From: an uncultured Desulfosarcina sp.
Lineage (GTDB): Bacteria; Desulfobacterota; Desulfobacteria; Desulfobacterales; Desulfosarcinaceae
Assembly (NCBI GenBank): GCA_963674945.2
Contig: CAXXWQ010000004.1
Location: forward strand, 2,080,001-2,144,000
DNA length: 64,000 nt
Direction: 5' to 3'
A program made the position numbers and the translations under genes. Position 1 is the stretch's first letter. Each line of letters opens with the position of its first letter. The notes under the pieces are model-generated. The model was not told the DNA's origin. It saw nothing but the letters and a program-made list of their open reading frames with translations, and searched no databases. Shown here piece after piece: positions 1 to 9,752 of the stretch.

Positions 1-1
1 C

Positions 2-160
2 GGCGCCCATGACGATGACGGAATGATCAACCTGCGGGTGAGCGACCCCTCCGGTCTGGGTACGCCCCCGGTCAACGATGGCGACACCGACGACGACAAT
101 GGGGCCGTCATCGAGGACGGCGGGGGCGGCGGATGCTTTATCGGCAGTCTCGTAAAATGA
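2..160 (+). CDS. 3' end of a surface/exported protein with a choice-of-anchor-U-like segment and a GGGGGCFI C-terminal sorting tail (partial)
   Basis: My translation of frame 2 is [20 protein letters not shown]...[15 protein letters not shown], with the stop at 158-160. Poly-Gly-CFI tails are typical deltaproteobacterial C-terminal sorting signals. Confidence 0.7.
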   Translation, partial: GAHDDDGMINLRVSDPSGLGTPPVNDGDTDDDNGAVIEDGGGGGCFIGSLVK

Positions 161-302
161 ATGGTCCGGCAGCATGCCGAATCGACGTGTCTCAACACAA
201 ACCACTCCCGTCACCTACCGGCATCGACGATGTCGGAAAAAAGGCGGGAGCGGATCGAAACAGGCTGCGTGCGAAGGCGCCATTCGAATAGGCGAACACC
301 TC

Positions 303-1373
303 ATGAAGGACCATGTCATGCCCACCCATTCACAATTGGCCGCACGGGTAAAGGCAATGTATCGGGAGTATGCAAACCTCGACACGTACACGCTTCAGTT
401 CAACACCGTATCCAAAAAAAAGCTTTCGGCGCTGGCTCATCTGTACCACACGTACCCAAACGGCGCCGTTTCACTGCGTCCACCAACACCAGAAACACGC
501 CTTTTGCGCGACGAAGCGCTGGATGAATACAAACGGCAGATGCAGCATTTTTTATCACGATCCAAAGTGGATCTATCCATACTCGATCTGAGTGTCCCCC
601 AGATAGAAGCCGTAGCTAATTTTTTGGCCGGGATCAAACATCCGGCCGGCAACATCCGGACGAAACGAAAGTGTGTATGGGGTGCCAAGATCGATGCCGT
701 TTTAAAAGAGTACGCCTGCAACGATTACTTCCCGGTCAAATCCTCGGGACTGCGCCTGGATCATAAAAAACAGATTCTGGAATTTCTCAAACATTTCCGA
801 TGCCGTCACACCCTTCGACCGCCGCTGCCCAACCATCGGAAAATGTTCATGCAGGAGTATTTTCACTATCGCCGGCGGGCACAGTCCTTTTTCGATCAAA
901 CGGAATTCCCCGTGGGTGTCGAGTACCTGACCCTGCCTTTGACGGAGGCGCTGCTGAATTTCATGGTCGGCCATAAATATCCCGAAAAAAGAAGATACCA
1001 GCGCGTCTTCAGGGCCAGTTCCATGAAGGCGGTGGACTATTTCGTTGCCATGTACAAATCCCATGAGAACAGACGGTATCCGATCTCCGTGGGGCAATAC
1101 CATGGAACGAAAAACCAGATCACGCCGCTGCTTTATTTTAAACCCGTCGAGAAGGTCTGCCGGTGGTTTCCGCCTCCGCGAACCAACAAAATCCAGAAAG
1201 AACGACATCGGTTATTTCTCAACTATCAAGTGATGTTCCATCGGCTGGGCATATCAGTGGATCCTTGGATCCTTCCCATCGCCTATATCGAAGCGATCCT
1301 CAATTATGCGGAGGCCAAGGCCGTTCCCACCCATGGGAATGTCGACCACGGACTCATGTTACGCGCGGGATGA
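303..1373 (+). CDS. Hypothetical basic protein with three internal repeats (start uncertain: 174 or 303)
   Basis: Long ORF. A [LF]xPP...EAxxN[FY] module occurs three times. Confidence 0.6.
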   Translation: MKDHVMPTHSQLAARVKAMYREYANLDTYTLQFNTVSKKKLSALAHLYHTYPNGAVSLRPPTPETRLLRDEALDEYKRQMQHFLSRSKVDLSILDLSVPQIEAVANFLAGIKHPAGNIRTKRKCVWGAKIDAVLKEYACNDYFPVKSSGLRLDHKKQILEFLKHFRCRHTLRPPLPNHRKMFMQEYFHYRRRAQSFFDQTEFPVGVEYLTLPLTEALLNFMVGHKYPEKRRYQRVFRASSMKAVDYFVAMYKSHENRRYPISVGQYHGTKNQITPLLYFKPVEKVCRWFPPPRTNKIQKERHRLFLNYQVMFHRLGISVDPWILPIAYIEAILNYAEAKAVPTHGNVDHGLMLRAG

Positions 1374-1490
1374 AGCTTTTTTCCATTCGAGCGATTACAG
1401 ATGCCGTGGGGTCGCCTGTCACAAGGCCTCATCAACGATATTTCTTGGCCGAAAAAAAACGCTTGACATCCAACCGACGATGTGAAATTT

Positions 1491-1538
1491 AGACGCACTT
1501 GTTTAAGATAGAGTTATCTAATTAAACAAGTGCTGTCT
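1491..1538. promoter_or_regulatory. Long inverted repeat or operator upstream of feoA, containing ATAGAGTTATCTAA; TTGACA at 1463-1468
   Basis: gcacttgtttaa (1495-1506) is the reverse complement of ttaaacaagtgc (1522-1533). Confidence 0.6.
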
Positions 1539-1621
1539 TACGGCTTTCGGCCATCGTCGGCGCGAAAGAAGTGAAGGCGTAACGAAAGGCGCAATTTTGT
1601 GCGTCGCGTTACGCCTTTTTT
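1537..1621 (+). ncRNA. Candidate cis-regulatory leader/attenuator, copy 1 (feoAB)
   Basis: CTTACG 1537-42; ctttcg/cgaaag hairpin; AGTGAAGGCG 1570-79; terminator aaggcgtaacg/cgttacgcctt plus T-tract. Confidence 0.8.
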
Positions 1622-1645
1622 ATTGGTCACCCAAAGGAGCCCGAA

Positions 1646-1864
1646 ATGACGCTGGATCAACTGAAACCGGGAAGCACCGGTCGCATTACGAAGCTGTCGG
1701 TACGTGACAAGCTGGGACAACGTTTGATGGACATGGGAATCTATCCGGGACTGAAGCTGAAAGTGGTCCGCAACGCGCCGATGGAAGATCCCATGGAGGT
1801 GGAACTGAACGGTTATTTTGTGAGCCTGCGTCACGACGAAGCGCGTTTCGTGGAGGTGGAATAA
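1646..1864 (+). CDS. feoA: Ferrous iron transport protein A
   Basis: 72 aa, RLMDMGIYPG...RNAPMEDP...SLR, FeoA pattern; lies directly before feoB. Confidence 0.95.
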   Translation: MTLDQLKPGSTGRITKLSVRDKLGQRLMDMGIYPGLKLKVVRNAPMEDPMEVELNGYFVSLRHDEARFVEVE

Positions 1865-1865
1865 G

Positions 1866-4334
1866 GTGAGCGCAAAACCGATTTTAATCGCTCTGGCGGG
1901 CCAACCCAACTGCGGAAAATCGACGGTCTTCAACGCCCTGACCGGTGCCAGCCAGCATGTGGCCAATTATCCCGGCGTCACCGTGGACAAGATGACCGGA
2001 CAGTATCGATACAATGGTTACCGCGTGGAAGTGGTGGACCTGCCCGGCACCTACAGCCTGACCTCCTTCTCACCGGAAGAACGGGTATCGCGGGATTTTA
2101 TCCTGTATGAAAAGCCGTCCGTGACGGTCAATGTCATGGATGCGACCAATTTCAAACGCTGTCTCTACCTTACCTTCCAACTGCTCGAGATGGAGACGCC
2201 GGTCATTTTGAACCTTAATATGATGGACGTGGTCGAAAAACGCGGCATGACCATCGATATGGATTCGTTATCCAAACAATTGGGAATTCCCGTGGTGCCC
2301 ACTACCATGAAGAGCGGCCGGGGGAAAAAAGAGCTTGTCGATACCATCGATGCCGTCGCCGCCGCGCCGCCGGCGAAACCAACCTTGCGCATCGATTACA
2401 AAGAGATGGAAGCGTATTTCCGTACAATTGCCGATCGGTTGACATCGGAGACCACGCTTTCCCAGCGGACTCCGCTTCGCTGGCTGGCCATCAAACTGAT
2501 GGAAGGGGATGCCGAAGCCCAACGGTTGATCCGCGATCAGCACCCGGAAGCCGAACCGTTCATCGCCCGGGTACTTGCAGCACGGGCTGACTTCGAAGAG
2601 CGTTTCGACCGGGCGCCCGAGGTGCATATCGCCGAGTGCCGCTACAAGGCCGCCGACGCCGTTGCCCGAAGATGCCTGAAGCTTCCTAAAAAAATCAGAC
2701 GGCCGCTTTCGGATCGCGTGGACGGCATCGTCTGCCACCGTTGGTTGGGACCGGTCATCATGGTGGGTGTGATCTGGCTGCTATATTACCTTGCCATTGT
2801 CCAGGGGTATCGCATCACCAACTACACCTGGCCGCTTCTGGCCAAGCTGCGCGGTCTCACCGAGGCGGCCATGCCGCCGCCCGGATTCATCGATATTCCC
2901 CTCATCCGTGAGTTCGCCTTGTGGGTTGTGGACAGCGTCAACGCCCTTTTAAACTACATTCCGATCTTCTTTATCCTCTTCGGATTGATCGCAATTTTAG
3001 AGGATAGCGGATACATGCCCCGCATGGCCTTCATCATGGACCGTCTTTTCAGCCGCTATGGCCTCCACGGCCAATCCACCCTGCCCATGGTGCTGGGCGG
3101 CATCTACGTGGGCGGGTGCGCGGTACCAGGCGTGATGGCCTGCAAGGGAATTCCGGACGAGAGGTCGCGCCTGGCCACCATTTTGATCATTCCATTGCTC
3201 AATTGCCTGGCCAAGGTGCCCCTGTACGTACTGCTGATCAACATCTACTTCGCCGCCCACAAGGCCTGGGCCATGTTTTTCATCTCCACGATCAGTCTGC
3301 TGATGGTGCTGCCGGTGTCCAAGATTCTCACTCTGACCGTCCTCAAGGACAAGGAAACGGCACCGTTTGTCATGGAAATGCCGCCCTATCACCTGCCCAC
3401 CTGGCGGGGCGTGCTGGGTCGGGCCACGGAAAGGGTGTGGCTGTTCATACGCAAAATTACCACCATCGTGGTTGCCGTGGCCGTCATCGTCTTCGTACTG
3501 CTGCAATTTCCGGGTATCGGTAAAGAACGTACGGATTACTACCAGGCGCAGAAAGAAAAGGCCGTCGCCGCTTTCCACACAAAAATAGAAGGTACGCCAT
3601 TTCATGAAGGCCTCCAGGGGGATCGCCTCATGGCGATGGTGCTTTACTGGGAGGCCTACAAGGATGCCAGGGTGGGCGCCGACGGCAAGGAGGGCATGGC
3701 AGCGGTGAATGCCGATTTCGAGGCCCGGGACGCGCTCTTTTTCAAAATCGTTCAGCCGGCAAAGGACAGTGTCGCCAAGAAGGTCGGCCGCGAATTCAAA
3801 AAGCTGATTAAAGAACGCAAAAGGCTGTTGCGGGAGATGCGCAAGGAACGCATCGACAACAGCTTTTTGGGTACGGCAGGACGGTGGCTGGAACCGTTGA
3901 CCCAATGGGCCGGCTTCAACTGGCGGGTCAACGTGGCATTGCTCAGCGCCCTGGCGGCCAAGGAGAGCAGCGTGGCCACCTTAGGGGCGCTTTACGAACA
4001 GGAAGAGAGCGGAGAAGACTTAGAGCAGCGCATGGCGAGAGGCGAGGCTTCGTTCACCCCCCTGCACGCTCTGGCGCTCATGCTCTTCATGGTGCTCTAT
4101 CCACCATGTATGGCGACGGCCATGGCAGTCAAGGTGCAGGCGGGCTCGGTCAAGTGGATGCTTTTTTCCATGGCTTACCCCATGCTGCTCGGACTCGTCG
4201 TCGCCAGCCTTGTCTTCTCTCTGGGAAGTGCCTTGGGACTTTCCGGCCTTCAGGCCATGTTCGCCTTTTTCCTGCTGGCCTTGGCATTCACTGTTTTCAT
4301 CGGGTTTATCAAAAATCAACCCGAATACATCTAA
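1866..4334 (+). CDS. feoB: Ferrous iron transporter B
   Basis: GQPNCGKS, NYPGVTVD, DLPGTYSL, LEDSGYMPR, FVMEMPPY, LYPPC motifs. Confidence 0.97.
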   Translation: MSAKPILIALAGQPNCGKSTVFNALTGASQHVANYPGVTVDKMTGQYRYNGYRVEVVDLPGTYSLTSFSPEERVSRDFILYEKPSVTVNVMDATNFKRCLYLTFQLLEMETPVILNLNMMDVVEKRGMTIDMDSLSKQLGIPVVPTTMKSGRGKKELVDTIDAVAAAPPAKPTLRIDYKEMEAYFRTIADRLTSETTLSQRTPLRWLAIKLMEGDAEAQRLIRDQHPEAEPFIARVLAARADFEERFDRAPEVHIAECRYKAADAVARRCLKLPKKIRRPLSDRVDGIVCHRWLGPVIMVGVIWLLYYLAIVQGYRITNYTWPLLAKLRGLTEAAMPPPGFIDIPLIREFALWVVDSVNALLNYIPIFFILFGLIAILEDSGYMPRMAFIMDRLFSRYGLHGQSTLPMVLGGIYVGGCAVPGVMACKGIPDERSRLATILIIPLLNCLAKVPLYVLLINIYFAAHKAWAMFFISTISLLMVLPVSKILTLTVLKDKETAPFVMEMPPYHLPTWRGVLGRATERVWLFIRKITTIVVAVAVIVFVLLQFPGIGKERTDYYQAQKEKAVAAFHTKIEGTPFHEGLQGDRLMAMVLYWEAYKDARVGADGKEGMAAVNADFEARDALFFKIVQPAKDSVAKKVGREFKKLIKERKRLLREMRKERIDNSFLGTAGRWLEPLTQWAGFNWRVNVALLSALAAKESSVATLGALYEQEESGEDLEQRMARGEASFTPLHALALMLFMVLYPPCMATAMAVKVQAGSVKWMLFSMAYPMLLGLVVASLVFSLGSALGLSGLQAMFAFFLLALAFTVFIGFIKNQPEYI

Positions 4335-4356
4335 GTAACGTTAGGAGGAATATTTC

Positions 4357-4683
4357 ATGTTCAGACGCAATGTTTTTACGATTCCTGTAATGGTGCTGGC
4401 CGCGCTCTTTTTCGCCGGACAGGCCCTGGCCCACACCCCCTTGTGCTCCTGCTACGATAACGGGGACGGCACGGTCACCTGCGAAGGCGGATTTTCCGAC
4501 GGATCTTCGGCCGCCGGTGTTGAGATGCGCGTGGAGAAAAAAGGCGGTGGAATACTGCTTACAGGCAAGATGGACGAAGACAGCGAGTTCACCTTCGACA
4601 AACCGACCGAAACTTACAAAGTCGTATTCGACGCCGGCGAGGGCCATGAAATCGAAATCGACGGGAAAGACATCGTGGAGTAA
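4357..4683 (+). CDS. Small periplasmic protein, CbiL/NikL-like
   Basis: Signal peptide ending ALA-H; GGFSDGS and FDAGEGH motifs resemble accessory proteins of metal transporters; AGGAGG RBS. Confidence 0.7.
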   Translation: MFRRNVFTIPVMVLAALFFAGQALAHTPLCSCYDNGDGTVTCEGGFSDGSSAAGVEMRVEKKGGGILLTGKMDEDSEFTFDKPTETYKVVFDAGEGHEIEIDGKDIVE

Positions 4684-4792
4684 ACCAATGCTGTCACTTG
4701 GATTACGGTATATTGAATGAGAAAAGAGAAAATGGTCGAATCGTGACGATTAGGTAGTACAACCACAATTTGCAATGGAAAGGATGATTTCA

Positions 4793-5593
4793 ATGAAAAA
4801 AGCAGTTGTCTTGTTGACAGGTTTGCTGGTATTGGTCCTGACGGTCCCGGCCACGGCACATTTCCAGATGGTTTACACCCCGGAATCGGCCCTGAAAAAG
4901 GCGGAAACCATCGATTTGAAGCTGGTCTTCACCCATCCGTTCGAAGCCGGCCATACAATGGACATGGGCCAGCCGGAACAGTTCTTCGTAGTCCGCAAGG
5001 AGAAGAAGAAGGACCTTCTGTCCACACTCAACCCCATCACCTGGACCAGCCTCACCAACAGCGGCGCGGCCTACGAAACCACCTATAAGCTCCGGGGCAT
5101 GGGTGACAATGTCTTCTGTCTGGTGCCCGCCCCCTACCATGAAGCGGAAGAAGGCTGCTATATCCAGCAGATCACCAAGGTGGTCGTCAACACCGGCGGT
5201 TTCCCCACTGACTGGGATGCCGAAATCGGCCTGCCGGCAGAAATCGTTCCATTGGACAAACCATACGGCCTGTGGACGGGCAACGTGTTCCGGGGTGTCG
5301 TCAAAAGCGCCGGAAAGCCGGTTCCGTTTGCCGAGATCGAGGTGGAATACCTGAATCACATGCCCCTGCCGGAAAAGAACGCCTTTGACCGGAAGGCGGA
5401 AGTGGAGGCACCCCAAGACGCTTTCGTCACAATGACGATCAAGGCCAATGTCAACGGCGAGTTCTCCTTCGGCATCCCCAGGGCCGGATGGTGGGGATTT
5501 TGCGCCCTGGGCGCGGGGCCCGATACTCAGTACAAGGGCAAAGAGCTGTCCCAGGATGCCGTGATCTGGGTCCAGGCCCGCGACATGAAGTAG
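4793..5593 (+). CDS. DUF4198-family periplasmic metal-binding protein
   Basis: Signal peptide then AHFQMVY; FTHPF; EIVPLDKPY; EVEYLN; GWWGFCAL. Confidence 0.85.
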   Translation: MKKAVVLLTGLLVLVLTVPATAHFQMVYTPESALKKAETIDLKLVFTHPFEAGHTMDMGQPEQFFVVRKEKKKDLLSTLNPITWTSLTNSGAAYETTYKLRGMGDNVFCLVPAPYHEAEEGCYIQQITKVVVNTGGFPTDWDAEIGLPAEIVPLDKPYGLWTGNVFRGVVKSAGKPVPFAEIEVEYLNHMPLPEKNAFDRKAEVEAPQDAFVTMTIKANVNGEFSFGIPRAGWWGFCALGAGPDTQYKGKELSQDAVIWVQARDMK

Positions 5594-5925
5594 TTCGATT
5601 CAGCCCAAAGCCCTGTTCCCGGACGGACGAAAGCGCATTCATGCGCCATCATGTCGCATGCTTCTTCTGTGACCGGCAGTCACCGGGCGGATTTGCACCT
5701 TTTCCAAATCCCGAGCCTGCCCCGCCCGGTGAATCTTCTCAAATGGTTCTTCCCCCATGACCCTGGGTCCGTTCAGAGACAGTATAAGGGGGCAGTGGAT
5801 GTCAGGCGCCATATTCCTTTCATGACGCGCGCCTGGCATCTGCTGCCAAAAAATTATGGCAACAGGTACGGTTTCATGGGGTATGCGCATCGGCCGAATT
5901 CACGGCCCTACTGAGAGAAAATACG

Positions 5926-7767
5926 ATGTCTGCAAGAATGTTTGTCATACGAACGGTGGTGGCGCTGATCGCCGTTCTGGGATTCACCCTTCATCGCTGG
6001 ACGGACGCTGCGCCCCTGTTTTGGCTGGGTTCGTTTTTTTATCTTCTCTGCCTGGCGATGTACGCGCGATCCCTGCTCTCTGCCCTGATGCAGACCCGCA
6101 AGGTGACGGCAGATCTTCTGGTGGTGACCGTCATGGTGGTCGCCTTCGTCGCCAAAACGCCCTTGAGCGGTGCGCTGGTCGCCTGGTTCATCAGCATGGG
6201 GTTGGCGATCTCCTTTGCTATTATCGAAAAAACAAGGCGTAGGATCGAGGCCCTTACCAGCAAGGGGGAAAAGCCTGTTCGCATTTTAAGGGATGGGCGG
6301 TTTTCAGAACTGCCCATTGAAAAGATCCGACCGGGCGACGTGGCCGTTGTCCCCCAAGGCGAGATGATACCGGTGGATGGCGTAATTGTGGAAGGCGCTT
6401 CCGCCATCGACGAATCGGTCGTTACCGGCGAGCCATATACCGTTTTCAGGCAAAAGGGCGCCCGGGTGACGTCCGGGGCGATTAGTGTGACATCGGCACT
6501 CAAGGTCCGTGCCGTAAAAGCCGGCGACAAAGGATTTCTATATCGGATGTCTCAGGCGATCGCCGGTTCGTTGAAAACGAAACCCGATATCCATCGCCGC
6601 TCCGATCTCATTGTTCAGTTTTTTATCTGCGGCGTGGTTTTGTATGCCTTCGGCGTGTTTCTTTTCAGCGGTGGCCTGACCGGCGATGCGGCCACCGGGC
6701 TGATCCGGATGGCAGCCGTGACGGCCGTGGCCTGCCCCTGCGCCTGGGCCCTGTCGGTACCCACGGCCTTTGCCGCCGCCATTGGCGGATTGAGCGCGCA
6801 AGGGACCCTGGTAAAAGGCGGAATCCCGTTGGAAATCCTGGGACATGCCGTCAACTTCATTCTGGACAAGACCGGCACGGTTACCATGGGGCATCCAGAG
6901 GTGGTTGCCGTTAAATCCTTCGGTCTATCGGAAATGGAACTGCTTGGTCTGGCCGCATCGGTCGAATCCGGATTCAACCATCCCATCGCCAACGCCATCC
7001 TTGCTTACGCCTCGACCAAGGGGGTGTCTCCGGCAAAGGCCGTCCATACCGAATATCTTCCGGGGATCGGGGTCAAGTCCACGGTCTCGGGACGCAAGGT
7101 GTCCCTGGGAAGCAGCGAGACCATGGCCGCACTTGATATGGACATCCCTGCAGATTTGGATATCGACGGCCGGGCGGTCTGGATCGGCGCCGATGGCAAA
7201 ATTGTCGGTGCGGTTGTAATTCAGGACGCGATCATGACGCTGGCCGACGGATTGGCCAGCATGCTTCGCGGTCTGGGGGCCAAGCGGGTTGTTCTGGCCA
7301 CTGGGGACAACGAAGAGGCCGAAGCGCGGCGAGTCGCCCGCCAACTGGGCGCCGATGGATGTCATTGGGGGCTCAAGCCCGAGGATAAGCTGGCCCTGGT
7401 AAAAATCCTCGGCGATCAGGGTGTCACGGTCATGGTTGGAGACGGGGTCAATGACGCCACCGCGTTGGCCGAGGCGGATGTGGGAATTTCCATTGGTGGT
7501 GCCAAGGCCGATCTGGCCATCCAATCCTCGGATATTGTCATTATGCAAGAGGATGCATCGAGCCTGGCAGCCGTTGTTCGGACCGGCAAAAAACTGATTC
7601 GTGTCATCCGGCAGAATTACGCATGGGCCATCGGCTTCAATCTTGCGGGAATCGCGCTGGCCACGGCCGGGGTGTTGAGCCCGTGGCTGGCGGCGTTGTG
7701 TCACCATGCGAGTTCGGTACTCGTAGTGGCAAATTCGGCCCGACTGATCCGCGTGTCTGGGAAATAA
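5926..7767 (+). CDS. Heavy-metal-translocating P1B-type ATPase
   Basis: TGE, CPC, DKTGT, HP and GDGVND motifs; no N-terminal metal-binding domain. Confidence 0.92.
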   Translation: MSARMFVIRTVVALIAVLGFTLHRWTDAAPLFWLGSFFYLLCLAMYARSLLSALMQTRKVTADLLVVTVMVVAFVAKTPLSGALVAWFISMGLAISFAIIEKTRRRIEALTSKGEKPVRILRDGRFSELPIEKIRPGDVAVVPQGEMIPVDGVIVEGASAIDESVVTGEPYTVFRQKGARVTSGAISVTSALKVRAVKAGDKGFLYRMSQAIAGSLKTKPDIHRRSDLIVQFFICGVVLYAFGVFLFSGGLTGDAATGLIRMAAVTAVACPCAWALSVPTAFAAAIGGLSAQGTLVKGGIPLEILGHAVNFILDKTGTVTMGHPEVVAVKSFGLSEMELLGLAASVESGFNHPIANAILAYASTKGVSPAKAVHTEYLPGIGVKSTVSGRKVSLGSSETMAALDMDIPADLDIDGRAVWIGADGKIVGAVVIQDAIMTLADGLASMLRGLGAKRVVLATGDNEEAEARRVARQLGADGCHWGLKPEDKLALVKILGDQGVTVMVGDGVNDATALAEADVGISIGGAKADLAIQSSDIVIMQEDASSLAAVVRTGKKLIRVIRQNYAWAIGFNLAGIALATAGVLSPWLAALCHHASSVLVVANSARLIRVSGK

Positions 7768-7796
7768 GAATAGAATTTTAGAATTGCCATAAACGT

Positions 7797-7882
7797 CTTA
7801 CGACTATCGGGTTGCACCACTCGCGATAAGCAGTGAAGGCGCTTTGGAACCGAACGTTTCGGTTATCCAATGCGCCTTTTTT
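7797..7882 (+). ncRNA. Candidate leader/attenuator, copy 2 (hypothetical gene plus flavodoxin)
   Basis: CTTACG 7797-7802; tatcg/cgata stem; AGTGAAGGCG 7832-41; aaggcgc...gcgcctt plus T-tract. Confidence 0.8.
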
Positions 7883-7989
7883 CATTCGCTGCATCAGCCC
7901 TTATCCAAACAACAGCAATCGCCAACGACAGCAACACAACCTTGCGAACCAACATACCGCAATAACAAGGAGAGAAAAGGAGAATTGTT

Positions 7990-8370
7990 TTGCATCCGGA
8001 ATTTACAATCGATTGCCGCAACAGTAGAGGGAATCTTCACGTCAGATTGCGCGGGGCGTTCAATGGAATGTGCGCATGGGAGCTGCTGAAAATACTAAGG
8101 CAGCATGATGGAACGGGCCGGGTGTTCGTGAACACGAATGGCATTGGGCCGGTGGCCGGAGAAGGAGTGGAACTGTTCCGCATGCACATGAAACGCCGCC
8201 GGATTCCCCGGGACTGGCTCTATTTCAAGGGGGCAATGGGATTCAAGATCGCCCCGGACGGTAGCCGGGTACTGATTTGCAAAAAAAGTTCGCAACCGGT
8301 GCAAATTCGAGATCGCTTCAGAAAGACGAAACCGGCCATAAAAATAGTGAAAAACACAAACACAGTATGA
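7990..8370 (+). CDS. Small hypothetical protein, STAS-like N-terminus
   Basis: AAGGAG RBS and TTG start; LHVRLRGAFNG..AWEL resembles a STAS/anti-anti-sigma fold. Confidence 0.6.
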   Translation: MHPEFTIDCRNSRGNLHVRLRGAFNGMCAWELLKILRQHDGTGRVFVNTNGIGPVAGEGVELFRMHMKRRRIPRDWLYFKGAMGFKIAPDGSRVLICKKSSQPVQIRDRFRKTKPAIKIVKNTNTV

Positions 8371-8400
8371 CACTGTCATTGAAAACGAAAGGAAAGCACA

Positions 8401-8850
8401 ATGAAAAGAGCACTGATCATCTTTGGTACGACCACCGGTAACACCGAAGAGATGGCGGGCATGGTTAAGAAAGAGCTAGAACAAGCGGGCGTCGAGACGG
8501 AGATGAAAGACGTAACCCAAGCGTCCGTCACGGACCTGACCGCCGGTCACGATCTGCTTCTGCTCGGGTGCCCGGCATACGGCGACGACGAAATCGAACT
8601 TCAGGAGGATTTCGCCGATTTTTACGAACAGCTCGATGGTATACGGATCGATGGGAAGGCCTTTGTCGTCTTTGCCCCCGGCGACAGCAGCTACGAGCAC
8701 TTTTGCGGATCCGTGGACATGCTTGAAGAGAAGATGACAGATCTTGGCGGCAAACTGTTGACAGACGGACTGAAGGTCGACGGCGACCCCGAGGATGCCG
8801 CAGGAGAAATTGAGAACTGGATTGCGTCGGTTGCCGCTTCCATCGACTAA
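8401..8850 (+). CDS. Short-chain flavodoxin
   Basis: GTTTGNTE, LLLGCPAYG, GDSSYEHFCG; acidic. Confidence 0.95.
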   Translation: MKRALIIFGTTTGNTEEMAGMVKKELEQAGVETEMKDVTQASVTDLTAGHDLLLLGCPAYGDDEIELQEDFADFYEQLDGIRIDGKAFVVFAPGDSSYEHFCGSVDMLEEKMTDLGGKLLTDGLKVDGDPEDAAGEIENWIASVAASID

Positions 8851-9086
8851 TCGCTATTCGATTCTTCCACCCACCTGATTTTGTCGGCAGTCAGGTGAAA
8901 ATGAACAACCCGGCCCATCTCCCCGGGTCCGGGTTGTTCCAACTAATTATAGCGCCCAACCCGGTAGCGTCAGACAAAAAGCGAAATTCGGTCACGCTGG
9001 CCATCCCGCTTTTTCATCAAACAGCAAAAACGGATCGCTGCAAGATCCATACGGCACCAAAATTACGGGGCACCCGTTTTTTATGG

Positions 9087-9115
9087 TTGACATTTTAGTT
9101 AAGTTGCTGTACCTT
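9087..9115 (+). promoter_or_regulatory. marR promoter (TTGACA-17 bp-TACCTT) overlapped by operator AGTTAAGTTGCTGTACC
   Basis: -35 at 9087-92 and -10 at 9110-15; the box matches the palindrome at 9714-9730. Confidence 0.7.
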
Positions 9116-9122
9116 AGCGACC

Positions 9123-9599
9123 ATGGATACCAAAGAAGATCTGATCAAGCATGCCCTTCGCGCGCTATTGCGTATCGCCCATTTGTATTCGCGTATCGAA
9201 GCGATGCCGGTTCCCGTGAACAGTCAAAATTCGGTGTCGACCCGTGAGGCGCACACCATTCAAGCCATTGGCGAGGGGGAAACCGTCAACGTGACCCAGG
9301 TGGCCGGTTATTTCGGGATTACCAAAAGCGCTGCTTCTCAATTAATTGCAAAGCTGGAAAAAAGAGGGTTTTTGGTGAAAAGGCCGGCTGCTCACAGCAA
9401 CAAGGAGTTTGAACTCGTTTTGACGGATTTGGGATGGTGTGCTTTTCGTGCCCACGAGCACTTTCACGGCAAAGATTTTACCGAGCTGGTAAACAGTCTG
9501 AGCTCGTTCCCCATCTCGCAAATCGCGACCCTGTCGGTACTGATGGAGACATTAAGCGGGGTGATGGAAAAGCGCCTCTCGCAACATTCGCAGAGGTAA
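9123..9599 (+). CDS. MarR-family regulator
   Basis: EAHTIQAIG...GITKSAASQLIAKLEKRG...LTDLG winged helix. Confidence 0.9.
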   Translation: MDTKEDLIKHALRALLRIAHLYSRIEAMPVPVNSQNSVSTREAHTIQAIGEGETVNVTQVAGYFGITKSAASQLIAKLEKRGFLVKRPAAHSNKEFELVLTDLGWCAFRAHEHFHGKDFTELVNSLSSFPISQIATLSVLMETLSGVMEKRLSQHSQR

Positions 9600-9713
9600 T
9601 TGGTGCAAACGGTACTGTTCGCTATTGCCCACCCGGAAATGACCAAATTTGCCTATTTCCGGGCGGACACTCGATAGTATCCATCTGGACCCGGCAAATT
9701 TTTTTAGCTCAAT

Positions 9714-9730
9714 AGTTAAGTTGCTTAACT
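9714..9730. promoter_or_regulatory. Perfect palindrome AGTTAAG-TTG-CTTAACT, probable MarR operator
   Basis: 7-3-7 inverted repeat just upstream of the MMPL gene. Confidence 0.7.
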
Positions 9731-9752
9731 TTAAATGCCGCAAGGAGTACAG

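Noticed and set aside
7831..7836. Eukaryote-type iron-responsive element (CAGUGN loop)
   Set aside because: CAGTGA occurs in only two of six copies and is not in an apical loop.
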